Shown one piece after another: positions 47,517 through 57,350 of a stretch of DNA of 64,000 nt (positions are counted from its first letter, which is position 1; each line of letters starts with the position of its first letter). Both the position numbers and the translations under genes were made by a program. The notes under the pieces are model-generated. The model was not told the origin of the DNA, made no database searches, and was given only the letters and a program-made list of their open reading frames with translations. Source of the DNA: a virus (Duplodnaviria; Caudoviricetes); the IMG/VR virus record IMGVR_UViG_3300037067_012889, positions 160,001 through 224,000 of that record; one strand, written 5' to 3'.

Positions 47517-50500
47517 TTAAGCAGTCTTTTGTGTCGCTTGTACTAGAGATAATTTACAGCATCCGGCGAGCATTGGTGTTTGTGATGTTGGGCGTTTGGT
47601 AATCTGACCCTCTTGGAAGAAGTCGATCCGCAATCCTTCCGATTCAGCGAATCCTTTCAACGATTGCAGCCATTTCTTATATACACCCTTTTCAATCGGC
47701 TGCCAAGAAGTATGTGTGTAGCCCTCCATAAAATTCCACGAGAATAATACGTATCCTGATTTCTTGGCAGCAGCGATGGCAAGATAACAAAGTTCCTGCC
47801 AATATTCTGTTCTCGATTCAACCATACCCATGGTTGCATCATAGCTAATGACACGTGGATTCTTCCATCGATTCCACAGCTTGTGAATGGTCAAGAATTC
47901 ACGATCAGAATGGGCACAAGCTCCTTTTGGTGCTTTATCGATTGCATCTTTATCAACATTGTGGTAAGTGTTTGGACCGAGTTCAACACCGGCGTCGACA
48001 AGATGCTTATGCTCATACCATTCTTTACCGCCAAGAGTCCAAAATTCACAATCAGAAAAAGAGGTAAGGCCGTAATATCTCAGAGCCTTGACTAGGAACT
48101 CACGATACTCATTACGGCCAGCATATTTACCGCGTTTAGCTTTCTTATATGATCCATGGATAAACCAATCAGGCCGTAGTGAACGAATCTGCTTATCAAA
48201 TTCAGGATCGTAACACCTACTATTCTTATTAGTGTAATCACTAAGCCTGCTTGCGTAACGCGCTTCGTCAGCGTCATCGCAATGCTGCTTAGGTTTGCAT
48301 TCATCTTTACCCGCCAACCGCAGCAATATGCTCTTCATAACCATTGCTGTGTCCTCGAACCAATCGGGACGTAGTGAGCGAATCTGCTTATCAAATTCAG
48401 GATCGTAACAACAACTATTCTTATTAGTATATCTAAATATTGCCCTGCCAAATTTATTACTTGGTTTTGGCTCCCATCTATTAGCTAGTCTCAACAATTC
48501 AGCCTTCCTAATCCTTGCTGTGTTCTCAAACCAGTCAGGACGTAGAGAACGAATCTGCTTATCAAATTCAGGATCATAAGATCCGCTGTTCTTGTTGATA
48601 TAGGCACTCAATTTGCCAGCAAGCAATCTTTCCTCACGATTTATTGAACTGCCCTTTGGTCTCCGTTCTTCTTTTCTCCTTGCCAATCCTAACAGTTTGA
48701 TTTTAGTGGCTGCTGCTGTATCCTCAAACCAATCTGGACGCAAGGCACGAATTTGCCTGTCGAATTTATAATCATAACTCGTAGACTTATTAGTATAGCT
48801 ATACAAAACCCGGCCTAATTGTATTTCGTCGGCATCATCGCTTGTGGTTCGTGGCCTGGTAGCCCCTTTTTCAGCCAGCATAACAAGATGTTTTTTCTTT
48901 TCAACAGAAGTTCTTTCAAACCAATCTGGCCGCAACTGTCGAATCTTACCATCGAAGACCGAATCATAATTACAAACATTTGCTTTACAGGTGTAACCTT
49001 GTAACGCAGAAGAAAGCTTAGAATCGGTAGTACGTGTTGGTCTTGGTGCCCCGCTAGCAGCAAGAGATAATAACACTTCCTTCTTTTCGGCTACCACATT
49101 AAACCAGTCTGGCCGCAGTTGGTGGATTTCAATATCAAAAGCATGATCATAAGTTCCGCGATTTTTATTCAAGTAGCAGTTTAATGCTGCTGATAACTGT
49201 CTCTCTCGTAAATTTTTAGAGTTACCACGCGGCCTTCTTTGGCCATGTTTTGCAAGCGCCAACAATTCTGATTTCTTTTGGGCTGTTTTTTCAAACCAAT
49301 CTGGTCGCAGAGTTCTGATAGATCGATCAAAAGCAGAATCATAGCATGAACTCCTCTTGCTTGTATAGCTTGATAATGATCGACCCAAGCGCCTATTATT
49401 TTCATCTTTAGTGTGCATCGTCGGTCGTTTTGAGTTTGGTACTCTCGCTAACGCTATTAAATCGTCTTTGTTCTTTTGAACCGAGTCTTCAAACCAATCT
49501 GATCTAAGTCTTCGTATTTCAGTATCGAAAATCACATCATAATTCTTTTTCTTATTAGTGTATTCGCCGAGCCTACCAGCAAGTCGTTTCTCTTCATGGT
49601 CTACAGCATCTCTATTTGGTCTTTTTCCTCCGCTCTTCGCTAGTTCTATCAACTTCCTTTTGTTCTCTCTCGCCGAATTCGCATTAAAGCGAATCAAGAT
49701 CCTTTCAATCTCGTCAAAATCATCTAGCCCGTTGATGATTCCAAAGTAATCGGTGATGCCGATTACTTTCAGTTTACTGATAGCTTCTTTGACCTCTGGA
49801 TCATTCATGAACTCTTTGAACGATAGCTTGCTAAGCCGTTGGTCGCGTTTGCGGATGATTTCTTCTAACGCTACACGATCGTTTTTGTCGATGACGTCAT
49901 ATTGCATCAACAAGCTTATAGCTAAAATTGGAGTTATGGCAACGCCGTGCTTGGCACATTGCTTACAGAGCATTTCAATCAACTCATTAGCAGACGCACC
50001 GGCGGCGGACTCTTGCAGAATTCGCTGTAAAATTTCGTTGTTCTGCAGCGAATTAATTTGCAACCTGAATTCGTCTCTTTCCTTATTTATTGCAACTCGA
50101 CGACGCTGCGGCAAAGTCAACATAAATGTATCGGTGAAGTCAAGGCCGCTACAGATCGCCTTAATCCTGATTGCGATTTGCAGGTTGGCATTCTTGACCA
50201 CATCCTGGTCTTCATCATCGAGGCTTACCTCAAAGATAACGACTCTTGAAAGATTTGGCGACAGATGCTTCGGGTTCTTCTTGTGGCGTAACGCACGCCC
50301 AACACACCGTTGGATAAATCGTTGCAGAGAACTGGTGAGACGCGGATTAAATGTTTGAGCACATTCAACCCAGTCCATACCTTCGTCAAATAACTTGATA
50401 GCTATGACAACATCATAATCTCTCGGAGAATCTATAATAGCATCAAGCTTAGCTTTGCGCAGATGCTTGTGGTTTGAAATAAGTGTCTTACCGTCATCAG

Positions 50501-51461
50501 ACCCAAAGTTGAGAATCCGAACACCTTTACATTTACTGAGCAGGAGCTTCTGCAAGTCGAGTGCTTGCTTGGCACCATCAACGTACATGATAGTCGGCAA
50601 AGGATGTTTTTTGTATTCATCGATATATGCCTTCAATAATTCGGGATAATCCATGGCCCCCATGAGGCTCGGTTTATTTGATATATCTTCAGTCTCAGCG
50701 AGACGGTCGAAGTCAGATTGATTAACAGCACGATAGAATCGAAGGAATACTCCGAAGTCGGGGCAACATCCATCATGATAATGCTCCTTCAAAAGCCGTC
50801 GAAATCGGCTAAACTCCTCAGATGTTGGCTGGCCACCATCGCTACGAAAGTCTGTGGCTGTGAATGCGTGAACTTCGGAGCATCTATCAATACATTTCCT
50901 CAGGATTGAACCTAATAGATTCTCGTCCTTCATATCGCTGTGATGAACTTCGTCGACGAGCAAAACCACATCTGACATATCGATGGTTTCATCATCCAAA
51001 GCCAAATCAAATGCCTTATAACTAGAAACGCGAACCGTGCCACCTGGACCATTCAGAAATCGTTTCATCGACGCAGATTTCTGTATCTGGCTCTCTTTAA
51101 CACTTTCATACGACAAGGTATATGTATTTATTATCTTATTCTTGTCTTTTTCAACAGCACACCAATCGCCATCCTTGGTATATTTAGTGAAATTGTGATT
51201 GATTCCCAGTTGCGGTGTGATGACGATAACTTTCTTATGCCGTCTGACAAAAGCAGCATAAGCAAGCATCACGTTGGTTTTGCCGCTGCCGGTTGGAGAT
51301 TCAACCAGCGTAAGACGATTCTGCTTCATATGGCCGATCATGCCACATTGATATCGCCGCAGAATTATAGGTGATTGTCCCATCTTCTCAGCGAGAACGA
51401 TGGATTTGGGTGCTACTTTACCAGCAAGGACGCCGTTTCGAATAGTAATAGTTGAATTCAT
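47517..51461 (-). CDS. SF2 helicase with 8 LRPDWF (helicase-associated-like) repeats and an unassigned C-terminal domain (1314 aa)
   Basis: SPTGSGKT, LVDEVHH, TAT, LFDEGMD and QRCVGRALR motifs; 8 repeats of about 60-65 aa. Confidence 0.88.
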   Translation of the reverse strand: MNSTITIRNGVLAGKVAPKSIVLAEKMGQSPIILRRYQCGMIGHMKQNRLTLVESPTGSGKTNVMLAYAAFVRRHKKVIVITPQLGINHNFTKYTKDGDWCAVEKDKNKIINTYTLSYESVKESQIQKSASMKRFLNGPGGTVRVSSYKAFDLALDDETIDMSDVVLLVDEVHHSDMKDENLLGSILRKCIDRCSEVHAFTATDFRSDGGQPTSEEFSRFRRLLKEHYHDGCCPDFGVFLRFYRAVNQSDFDRLAETEDISNKPSLMGAMDYPELLKAYIDEYKKHPLPTIMYVDGAKQALDLQKLLLSKCKGVRILNFGSDDGKTLISNHKHLRKAKLDAIIDSPRDYDVVIAIKLFDEGMDWVECAQTFNPRLTSSLQRFIQRCVGRALRHKKNPKHLSPNLSRVVIFEVSLDDEDQDVVKNANLQIAIRIKAICSGLDFTDTFMLTLPQRRRVAINKERDEFRLQINSLQNNEILQRILQESAAGASANELIEMLCKQCAKHGVAITPILAISLLMQYDVIDKNDRVALEEIIRKRDQRLSKLSFKEFMNDPEVKEAISKLKVIGITDYFGIINGLDDFDEIERILIRFNANSARENKRKLIELAKSGGKRPNRDAVDHEEKRLAGRLGEYTNKKKNYDVIFDTEIRRLRSDWFEDSVQKNKDDLIALARVPNSKRPTMHTKDENNRRLGRSLSSYTSKRSSCYDSAFDRSIRTLRPDWFEKTAQKKSELLALAKHGQRRPRGNSKNLRERQLSAALNCYLNKNRGTYDHAFDIEIHQLRPDWFNVVAEKKEVLLSLAASGAPRPTRTTDSKLSSALQGYTCKANVCNYDSVFDGKIRQLRPDWFERTSVEKKKHLVMLAEKGATRPRTTSDDADEIQLGRVLYSYTNKSTSYDYKFDRQIRALRPDWFEDTAAATKIKLLGLARRKEERRPKGSSINREERLLAGKLSAYINKNSGSYDPEFDKQIRSLRPDWFENTARIRKAELLRLANRWEPKPSNKFGRAIFRYTNKNSCCYDPEFDKQIRSLRPDWFEDTAMVMKSILLRLAGKDECKPKQHCDDADEARYASRLSDYTNKNSRCYDPEFDKQIRSLRPDWFIHGSYKKAKRGKYAGRNEYREFLVKALRYYGLTSFSDCEFWTLGGKEWYEHKHLVDAGVELGPNTYHNVDKDAIDKAPKGACAHSDREFLTIHKLWNRWKNPRVISYDATMGMVESRTEYWQELCYLAIAAAKKSGYVLFSWNFMEGYTHTSWQPIEKGVYKKWLQSLKGFAESEGLRIDFFQEGQITKRPTSQTPMLAGCCKLSLVQATQKTA

Positions 51462-51466
51462 AGTTT

Positions 51467-51495
51467 GTTATAGCACGAAAACAGGGAATTATTAA
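51467..51495 (-). promoter_or_regulatory. promoter TTAATA-N17(..TCGTGC)-TATAAC, leaderless (ATG 5 nt downstream)
   Basis: Member of the recurring motif family. Confidence 0.7.
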
Positions 51496-51510
51496 CTCAG
51501 ATATTCTAGT

Positions 51511-53001
51511 TCAGTCATTCTTAAACCAATCTGGACGCAGAGCACGAATCTTCGCATCAAAATCTGCGTCGTACGTTTTGCAGCTTTTGTTTGTGTATCT
51601 GCGCAACGTATAATATAAAGCATGCATTGCGGTCGGTTTCGCTTCTCCGTTTTTAGCTATCTCTAGAAGACTTTGTTTCTTTATAATTGTATTATCAAAC
51701 CAATCAGGCCGCAGCTTAGATATCTCCGCATGAAATTCCGGGTCATAACAATTACGGCCTGATTTCTTGCAAGTGTATCTAGTAAGTGCTGCACCCAATT
51801 TATCAGTCGGTCTTATGGCTCCGCTTTTGGCTAATTTTGTCAGCTTTCGTTTGGTTTGGCGTATCGTCCCACATGCTACCCTAAACCAATCGGGGCGAAG
51901 GTTATATATTTCTGCAACAAACTCAGAGTCACTGTGGGTTTTTAAATCTTCAGCTAAACGCCCAGCCAAACTCCGCATATGTGGGTCTTTTGACCTGACA
52001 TGTGGCCTGTCTTTCCCATTTTTAGCCATTTCTAGCAATTCTGATCTTCTAACTTCAGGCAGCAGGCTTTTTGGAAACCAATCTGGACGTAGCTCTTTTA
52101 TTGCTGCAGAAAATTCTGGGTCAAAATAATAGCCTTTGTGGATGAAGTTGTTTAACCATCTTGAAAGTGAAAATTCGCCTTCAAATCTTTCACTCCTGTT
52201 CTTACATAGCTCACGCGGCCTATCGGCACCATCAGTAGCAAGCTTTAGTAATTGCTGCTTGTAAATGTTGATACGATCAAACCACCCTGGACGCATTTCG
52301 CGAATCTTAGCGTTGAATTCTGGATCGAAAACGCCGCTATTTTCATTAGTATATCTCTGCAATGCCGCCCCCAATGCAATCTTGCAGTTCGGCTTCTCTT
52401 CTTGCTCTAGTTGTGCTAATTCAAACAACAATCGCTTATTTCTGTCTGATCGATGCTCCAGCCAATCGGGATGTAAAGCACGCATTTGGGCATCAAACTC
52501 AGCATCATAATCATTACTATTTTTATTAGTATAGTTATATAGAGCGGATGCCAATCTCAATTCATCGGACGCATTTTTGCTGGATGAAGGACGTCTCGAC
52601 ATCGATAACAACGTGCTTTTGATTTCCTCTCCCGAAGTTTTAGGTTTGGTAGGAAACCAGTCTGGTCTCAAAGCACGAATTTCATCATCGAATTCAAGTT
52701 GGCAATATCTGCTGCTGCGGTTTGAAGTATATCTTCCCAACGCCTGGCCAAGTCTTGTCTTCTTTGTTGGTTTAGGTGCTCCACTTTTAGCTATTTGTAT
52801 CAACAATCTAGTATTTTCCGCGACAGAATCATAGAACCAGTCGGGTTGCAATCTACGAATCTCTGCGTCAAATTCAGCATCATAAGACAAACCAGGAGTA
52901 GTATATCTTCGCAATGCCGCCGCAAGCTCATACTCCTCAGATCCTCTTCTTGAGAGAGTAAGACGAGGCTTTCTGACCGGCAGATATTCAGATTCAGCCA
53001 T
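51511..53001 (-). CDS. all-repeat protein with 8 LRPDWF repeats (496 aa)
   Basis: Eight YD.EFD..IR.LRPDWF-type units. Confidence 0.85.
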   Translation of the reverse strand: MAESEYLPVRKPRLTLSRRGSEEYELAAALRRYTTPGLSYDAEFDAEIRRLQPDWFYDSVAENTRLLIQIAKSGAPKPTKKTRLGQALGRYTSNRSSRYCQLEFDDEIRALRPDWFPTKPKTSGEEIKSTLLSMSRRPSSSKNASDELRLASALYNYTNKNSNDYDAEFDAQMRALHPDWLEHRSDRNKRLLFELAQLEQEEKPNCKIALGAALQRYTNENSGVFDPEFNAKIREMRPGWFDRINIYKQQLLKLATDGADRPRELCKNRSERFEGEFSLSRWLNNFIHKGYYFDPEFSAAIKELRPDWFPKSLLPEVRRSELLEMAKNGKDRPHVRSKDPHMRSLAGRLAEDLKTHSDSEFVAEIYNLRPDWFRVACGTIRQTKRKLTKLAKSGAIRPTDKLGAALTRYTCKKSGRNCYDPEFHAEISKLRPDWFDNTIIKKQSLLEIAKNGEAKPTAMHALYYTLRRYTNKSCKTYDADFDAKIRALRPDWFKND

Positions 53002-53654
53002 TAGTTAAACCAATCTGGGCGTAGTGCACGAATCTTCGCATCGAAATCTGCGTCATATGTCTTGCGTGATTTGTTCGTATAATTGATCAAAGCACGACCA
53101 AGACGCTGCTCTTCCATCGCAGCACCATAAATCTCCTCAGCATTAATTGCTTCTTCGAGACCATTTGTCCGTATTGGATTCTTTTGATACTTAAGCCACG
53201 CATTGCTATTTGGACGTGGCGCACCGCTTTCAGCCAACTTTAACAACTCTTCTTTGGTCATTGCGGTGCTTGGTAAAACTGCGGGCAATAACGCACCATC
53301 GGCATCAAACCAATCTGGACGAAGAGTACGAAGTTCTTTGTGAAAATCGGCATCGTAACTATTGGTACAACAATAGCGTTTCAATGCCAGCCCTATGCCT
53401 TCTTTCTTACTTGGCCTCTCAGCACCGCTTTCAGCCAGCTCTAGTAGCCGCCGCTTCTTTTGATCCGGTGTCTCTGGTCTTTCTGCCCCACTTTCGGCCA
53501 ATTCTAACAACCGCCGTTTGTTCTCGATATCGGGTTTGCTGGTTTCGATTGGCTCGACCGTGACCTTTAAGCCACTCTTTTCAAGCTTCCTGAGCAAATC
53601 CTTCTGATAGCTAAATAATTCGAACTTTTTCTCGGCCACGTTGATATCTCCCAT
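53001..53654 (-). CDS. protein with 2 LRPDWF repeats and a duplicated KRRLLELAESGAERP
   Basis: Same repeat family; stop/start overlap with the next gene; may start at GTG 53639. Confidence 0.8.
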   Translation of the reverse strand: MGDINVAEKKFELFSYQKDLLRKLEKSGLKVTVEPIETSKPDIENKRRLLELAESGAERPETPDQKKRRLLELAESGAERPSKKEGIGLALKRYCCTNSYDADFHKELRTLRPDWFDADGALLPAVLPSTAMTKEELLKLAESGAPRPNSNAWLKYQKNPIRTNGLEEAINAEEIYGAAMEEQRLGRALINYTNKSRKTYDADFDAKIRALRPDWFN

Positions 53655-53695
53655 ATAATAAATGCACCTGGAACGTTCCAGGTGCATTTATTATA
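53654..53695. repeat. perfect 42-bp palindrome
   Basis: TATAATAAATGCACCTGGAAC|GTTCCAGGTGCATTTATTATA. Confidence 0.92.
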
Positions 53696-53718
53696 GCACA
53701 ACGCCATAAGTTTGTCAA
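53690..53718 (-). promoter_or_regulatory. consensus sigma70 promoter TTGACA-N17-TATAAT with TG extension
   Basis: Perfect boxes with 17-nt spacing. Confidence 0.85.
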
Positions 53719-53730
53719 TTGGTATCCAAT

Positions 53731-54111
53731 CTAATCCTTGTAGACCGCTGGCTTAACCATGCGATCATCCTTGACTACGGGCAGCTCGTTGGGGATGATA
53801 AAAATCCCCCTCGTACCATCCGGACGGCGTAGCTGCATGCCATGCCTACCGAGTAGGTCACCAACAGACCTAGTGAGGCCATGCGGGTCTCCTGGTGTGC
53901 TAGTTAGTCGCCATTTGGTATCAAGGCCAGAATCCTTTAACACCCTGGCAATCGTACAACTCTCAAATCTGTCTCCGGGCTTCCAGTTGAGTTCCTTAAT
54001 AGCTGCCGCCAAGCATTCAAGAACAATTCCCATGTTCTTTCTGCCGCCCTTTGCTACCGGTTGTTGAGCATGTCGAACGCCATCGAACTTAAAAGAAGTA
54101 CTCATCTTCAC
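53731..54111 (-). CDS. hypothetical protein (126 aa)
   Basis: GAGG RBS. Confidence 0.6.
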   Translation of the reverse strand: MKMSTSFKFDGVRHAQQPVAKGGRKNMGIVLECLAAAIKELNWKPGDRFESCTIARVLKDSGLDTKWRLTSTPGDPHGLTRSVGDLLGRHGMQLRRPDGTRGIFIIPNELPVVKDDRMVKPAVYKD

Positions 54112-54228
54112 ACCTCTTGTGATTAATTGCAGTGGGGAATCCCATTGCCTTCACAATTCAAATACATTCAGATATTCTATCACCTGCAAAGGGCCGCAAT
54201 CGCTATGCAAAAGATTGCAGTTGGTATT

Positions 54229-55029
54229 TCAATCGAGATTAATAACTCTCAATTCTTCAAACTGCATATCTGGATTAGCTTGCTTATGTAGATTAGTTCT
54301 ATATATCGTCAGCTTCTGGTTAGGATATACTACATCTTGACCAGGAAACTTTTCTATCCATTTAGCAGCCCATGATGTAGAGATATTCATCATTTTGTTT
54401 TGTGGTATTCTACCGATATATAACCAATAATTGGATGGTATAAACCAAGCTGCAGTATAATCGTATGACACTCCCTTATAATATTCTTCATTTGGTCCTA
54501 TTTCACCGAAATGAACGTATCCTCTTCCAGCCTGTTTTATGACTTTTTTCCCGTCAATTATCAAATCTGAACTTGCGACTGAGAGAATAAAGGTATCACC
54601 AAGTTGATCGATATAAGTCGTGAGACCACACCTAAAGAATTCTTCGCCTGGGCGTCCTTCTGATCCACATGCTAAACGTAAATTGTCTATTACCCACTGA
54701 GGATTGGCGATTCCTCTTTTAGCCATATGATCAAGTACCACAAACTGATAACCGCAATATTTTATACGACCAGCAATCTTACCAGTTGTGTCACAGAAAT
54801 CGAGTGGTGAGTGTTTACGTCCAGGCATATGTAATTGGACTATTTTAAGAAACGATTTAGATAATTGCGAGTTAAAATATGCTTGCAATATTTCACGTCC
54901 ATATTGTCTAGCCAACACCGTATCCATCTTGTTATATTTAAACATACCAGCATGCGATGGGCGTGCTTCCTCATTTGGACCAAATTTGCGATTAAATGAT
55001 CTAGTGTAATTATTGATTTGTATGTCCAC
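54229..55029 (-). CDS. hypothetical protein (266 aa)
   Basis: Long ORF. Confidence 0.65.
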   Translation of the reverse strand: MDIQINNYTRSFNRKFGPNEEARPSHAGMFKYNKMDTVLARQYGREILQAYFNSQLSKSFLKIVQLHMPGRKHSPLDFCDTTGKIAGRIKYCGYQFVVLDHMAKRGIANPQWVIDNLRLACGSEGRPGEEFFRCGLTTYIDQLGDTFILSVASSDLIIDGKKVIKQAGRGYVHFGEIGPNEEYYKGVSYDYTAAWFIPSNYWLYIGRIPQNKMMNISTSWAAKWIEKFPGQDVVYPNQKLTIYRTNLHKQANPDMQFEELRVINLD

Positions 55030-55099
55030 TCACATAACCGCCTTAGGCAAAATGTTATATTGAAGTTGCTATTGAAATACCTAAAGGCACATATACAAC

Positions 55100-55123
55100 A
55101 TGAGCCGGGATTTCCCGGCTCAT
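55100..55123 (-). terminator. terminator-like hairpin after the Ro60 gene
   Basis: ATGAGCCGGGA/TCCCGGCTCAT stem. Confidence 0.65.
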
Positions 55124-55143
55124 ATGTTTAGTACCGACGACTA

Positions 55144-56535
55144 TTACTGGTTGCTCGATTCCATCGTCGCAACAAACTTCAAGAAGTGTTCAGACCAACC
55201 AGAGATTTCAGCAGTCCAAATACCCTTGTAATTGACACCGTGCGACTCCGAAGAGACATCGATGACATAGTTTCTCTTACCATGCGGCTTCGGTTGTCCT
55301 GAATTAGGATGATCGCAATCTTGCGAATCACTGAAAATCATCAATCGGTCCGGAGCTTCTTCCTCACCTCTGATGAAATTACAGACCTGTCTAGTAAAGA
55401 TGCCGCCACTACCAAGTTCGCTACTTGCATATAGGATCTTATCAGCTAACGCAAAACCACGAAGAGCTTCGATTTTCTTTGTTGCGTGTATGCGTCTGGT
55501 ATCGTCACCAGATGTAGCATAAATGGAAACATGATCGCAACACTCCGCCGCCAAAACTGCCATCGAAGCAGCCGCATCCATCCGAGTGAATTCAGATTTG
55601 CCTGATAACTTACTGGCCATAGAACCAGAAACGTCGATAACCAGAGTTGAAAAGCCATTCAATCGTGGCCACGTCTTCGCACACCGATACATCAGATCTT
55701 CGATTTCTCTGGTCCAATTAGACGCATACTTGCGAGCCTTTAGAAAATCGATCGGTAGCAGCATATCCACTTTACAGTTTGCGAAAGCTTGGGCCATCGC
55801 ATCGCGAGACACTCCCGCTTCCTGCATATTTCGTAGATTCTTTAGGAATGCATAGGCCGGAAGCTTTTTGCTCTCGATCAACCGTTCCCAAACCGCTCGC
55901 TTTTCATCGACGTCCTTTGCCGCCGACATACCGACTTCCCACGTGTCGGGAGTCTTAAGCTCATTGGCGATAAGCCGCTTATACAAATCGTGTCGATCAC
56001 CAGTCGGCTTCGCGTGACACAGGAATAAGACATCTCGCAACTTCACTTCCTTGTCCAGCTGGTTATACTTGGCCAGCTGATATTCGTCGAACTTATCAAA
56101 AGCCTTTGCCAAGCCTCTTTTCACAGCGGCCGGAAGTGATTTTTTGTCGTTGTTGTCGGCCCAGTACATAGCGACAAATTCTGCCATCTCGTCAGGACGA
56201 TTACATATCTTCGCTAATGTCTCGGCCACATCTGGCATGTGATTACGAACCATTTCGCGGACAATCATGAACGGCACATGCCGCAACTTTTGTTCGTATC
56301 GTGCTTCCACAGCCAGACTACCAGCATTTTGTACCTGTGGCACCAGTGCTTTGATTTGGTTTACGACCTCTTGACCGTCACAATAGGCATTCTTCTCCCA
56401 TAATAGACACGTCATCACAAGACGGCGTAAAGTCGCTTCTACATCCTGCTTTGCCGCATGCGGACCATAACCGCCAGCCAGTCTATTGTCATCGTAGACA
56501 TGCGACTTCTTCGTTTTCTTATTGGTGGTCGCCAT
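55144..56535 (-). CDS. rsr: Ro60/TROVE-domain RNA-binding protein with a vWA domain
   Basis: RPDE, FDEYQLAKY, KLRDVLFLCHAKP, TPDTWE, LKNLRN and MIDAS IDVSGSM; adjacent Y RNAs. Confidence 0.92.
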   Translation of the reverse strand: MATTNKKTKKSHVYDDNRLAGGYGPHAAKQDVEATLRRLVMTCLLWEKNAYCDGQEVVNQIKALVPQVQNAGSLAVEARYEQKLRHVPFMIVREMVRNHMPDVAETLAKICNRPDEMAEFVAMYWADNNDKKSLPAAVKRGLAKAFDKFDEYQLAKYNQLDKEVKLRDVLFLCHAKPTGDRHDLYKRLIANELKTPDTWEVGMSAAKDVDEKRAVWERLIESKKLPAYAFLKNLRNMQEAGVSRDAMAQAFANCKVDMLLPIDFLKARKYASNWTREIEDLMYRCAKTWPRLNGFSTLVIDVSGSMASKLSGKSEFTRMDAAASMAVLAAECCDHVSIYATSGDDTRRIHATKKIEALRGFALADKILYASSELGSGGIFTRQVCNFIRGEEEAPDRLMIFSDSQDCDHPNSGQPKPHGKRNYVIDVSSESHGVNYKGIWTAEISGWSEHFLKFVATMESSNQ

Positions 56536-56554
56536 AGTAGCTCCTATTTTCTTA

Positions 56555-56755
56555 TCAAACCATCGGGACTATTGGCGATGGATCTGGCCAAAATGTCCCA
56601 TCTTCTAATTTGAACGCGACCCAAACAAAATGTTTGCAGTCACTGGTGTCATGATTCGATTTCAGACGACCACATATACAAAGCTCATCGACAGTCTTAC
56701 GATCGTCTTTGATACATTTGGCGCTTGGTGCCATGTTGCGCATATCTATCTCCAA
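56555..56755 (-). CDS. small Cys/His-rich protein
   Basis: CICG..H..C motif; lies between a Y RNA and the Ro60 gene. Confidence 0.4.
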   Translation of the reverse strand: MEIDMRNMAPSAKCIKDDRKTVDELCICGRLKSNHDTSDCKHFVWVAFKLEDGTFWPDPSPIVPMV

Positions 56756-56765
56756 CCATTAGAAG

Positions 56766-56902
56766 TTGCTGCGGGAACAAGCGAAGCAGGCTATAAAGCG
56801 CTCTACCAACTGAGCTACACCCGATTTCTCGGATAGTTGGATTCGAACCAACGACCTCTTCGATTTCAAGTCGAAGTAACCCACCTCTACGCCACGCAGC
56901 AA
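56766..56902 (-). ncRNA. Y RNA (YrlA-like, with a permuted tRNA-like module)
   Basis: Terminal stem TTGCTGCG/CGCAGCAA; T arm GTTGGTTCGAATCCAAC, then a loop-closed acceptor stem, then D arm TAGCTCAGTTGGTAGAGC. Confidence 0.85.
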
Positions 56903-57055
56903 TTTGTGAACCGAACTCGACAGCATCCGTCACAGGAGACACTCTAGCATTATTAACTGGGGTCTCTGGTCGAAGTATCTGCACGAGATCGGTCCATTCG
57001 CATCAATCTTCAATTCTCGCAGTCTATCGGGAACTGCAATTAACATGTTTCAAAA

Positions 57056-57143
57056 TTGCCGCAGGAACAAGCGAAATGAGTTATGCCCTTTCGGGCGGTT
57101 CCGATTATAGTCGAAGTAACCCATCTCTTCCGCCATGCGGCAA
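57056..57143 (-). ncRNA. Y RNA lacking the tRNA module
   Basis: Same stem strands (TGGCG.AGAGATGGGTTACTTCG / TTTCGCTTGTTCC); tRNA module replaced by GCCC-GAAA-GGGC. Confidence 0.78.
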
Positions 57144-57209
57144 ATCGTAAGGGTATAATCCATCACAGTCGCAATGCCGTGAGTTCGTATACCCCTTTAT
57201 TATCAAAAA

Positions 57210-57345
57210 TGCTGCGGGAACAAGCGAAATAGGCTATTGTAAGCGCTCTACCAACTGAGCTACACCCGATTGCTCGGATGATTGGACTCGAACCAATGGC
57301 CTCTCGCTCCGATTGCGAAGTAACCCATCTCTACGCCACGCAGCA
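57210..57345 (-). ncRNA. Y RNA (YrlA-like), second copy
   Basis: Paralogue of 56766-56902 with compensatory T-stem changes (ATTGG/CCAAT). Confidence 0.85.
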
Positions 57346-57350
57346 GCTTC

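Noticed and set aside
53664-53675. CACCTGGAACG in the palindrome resembles CACCTGGGAACG in the CRISPR repeat
   Set aside because: The match is short and gapped and lacks the ACTACAGG end needed for tracr pairing.
56766-57345. Two tRNA genes (clear T-loop and D-loop sequences)
   Set aside because: The arms are permuted (T before D), the acceptor stem is closed by a loop, and there is no anticodon arm or CCA end. The Ro60 context indicates Y RNAs.
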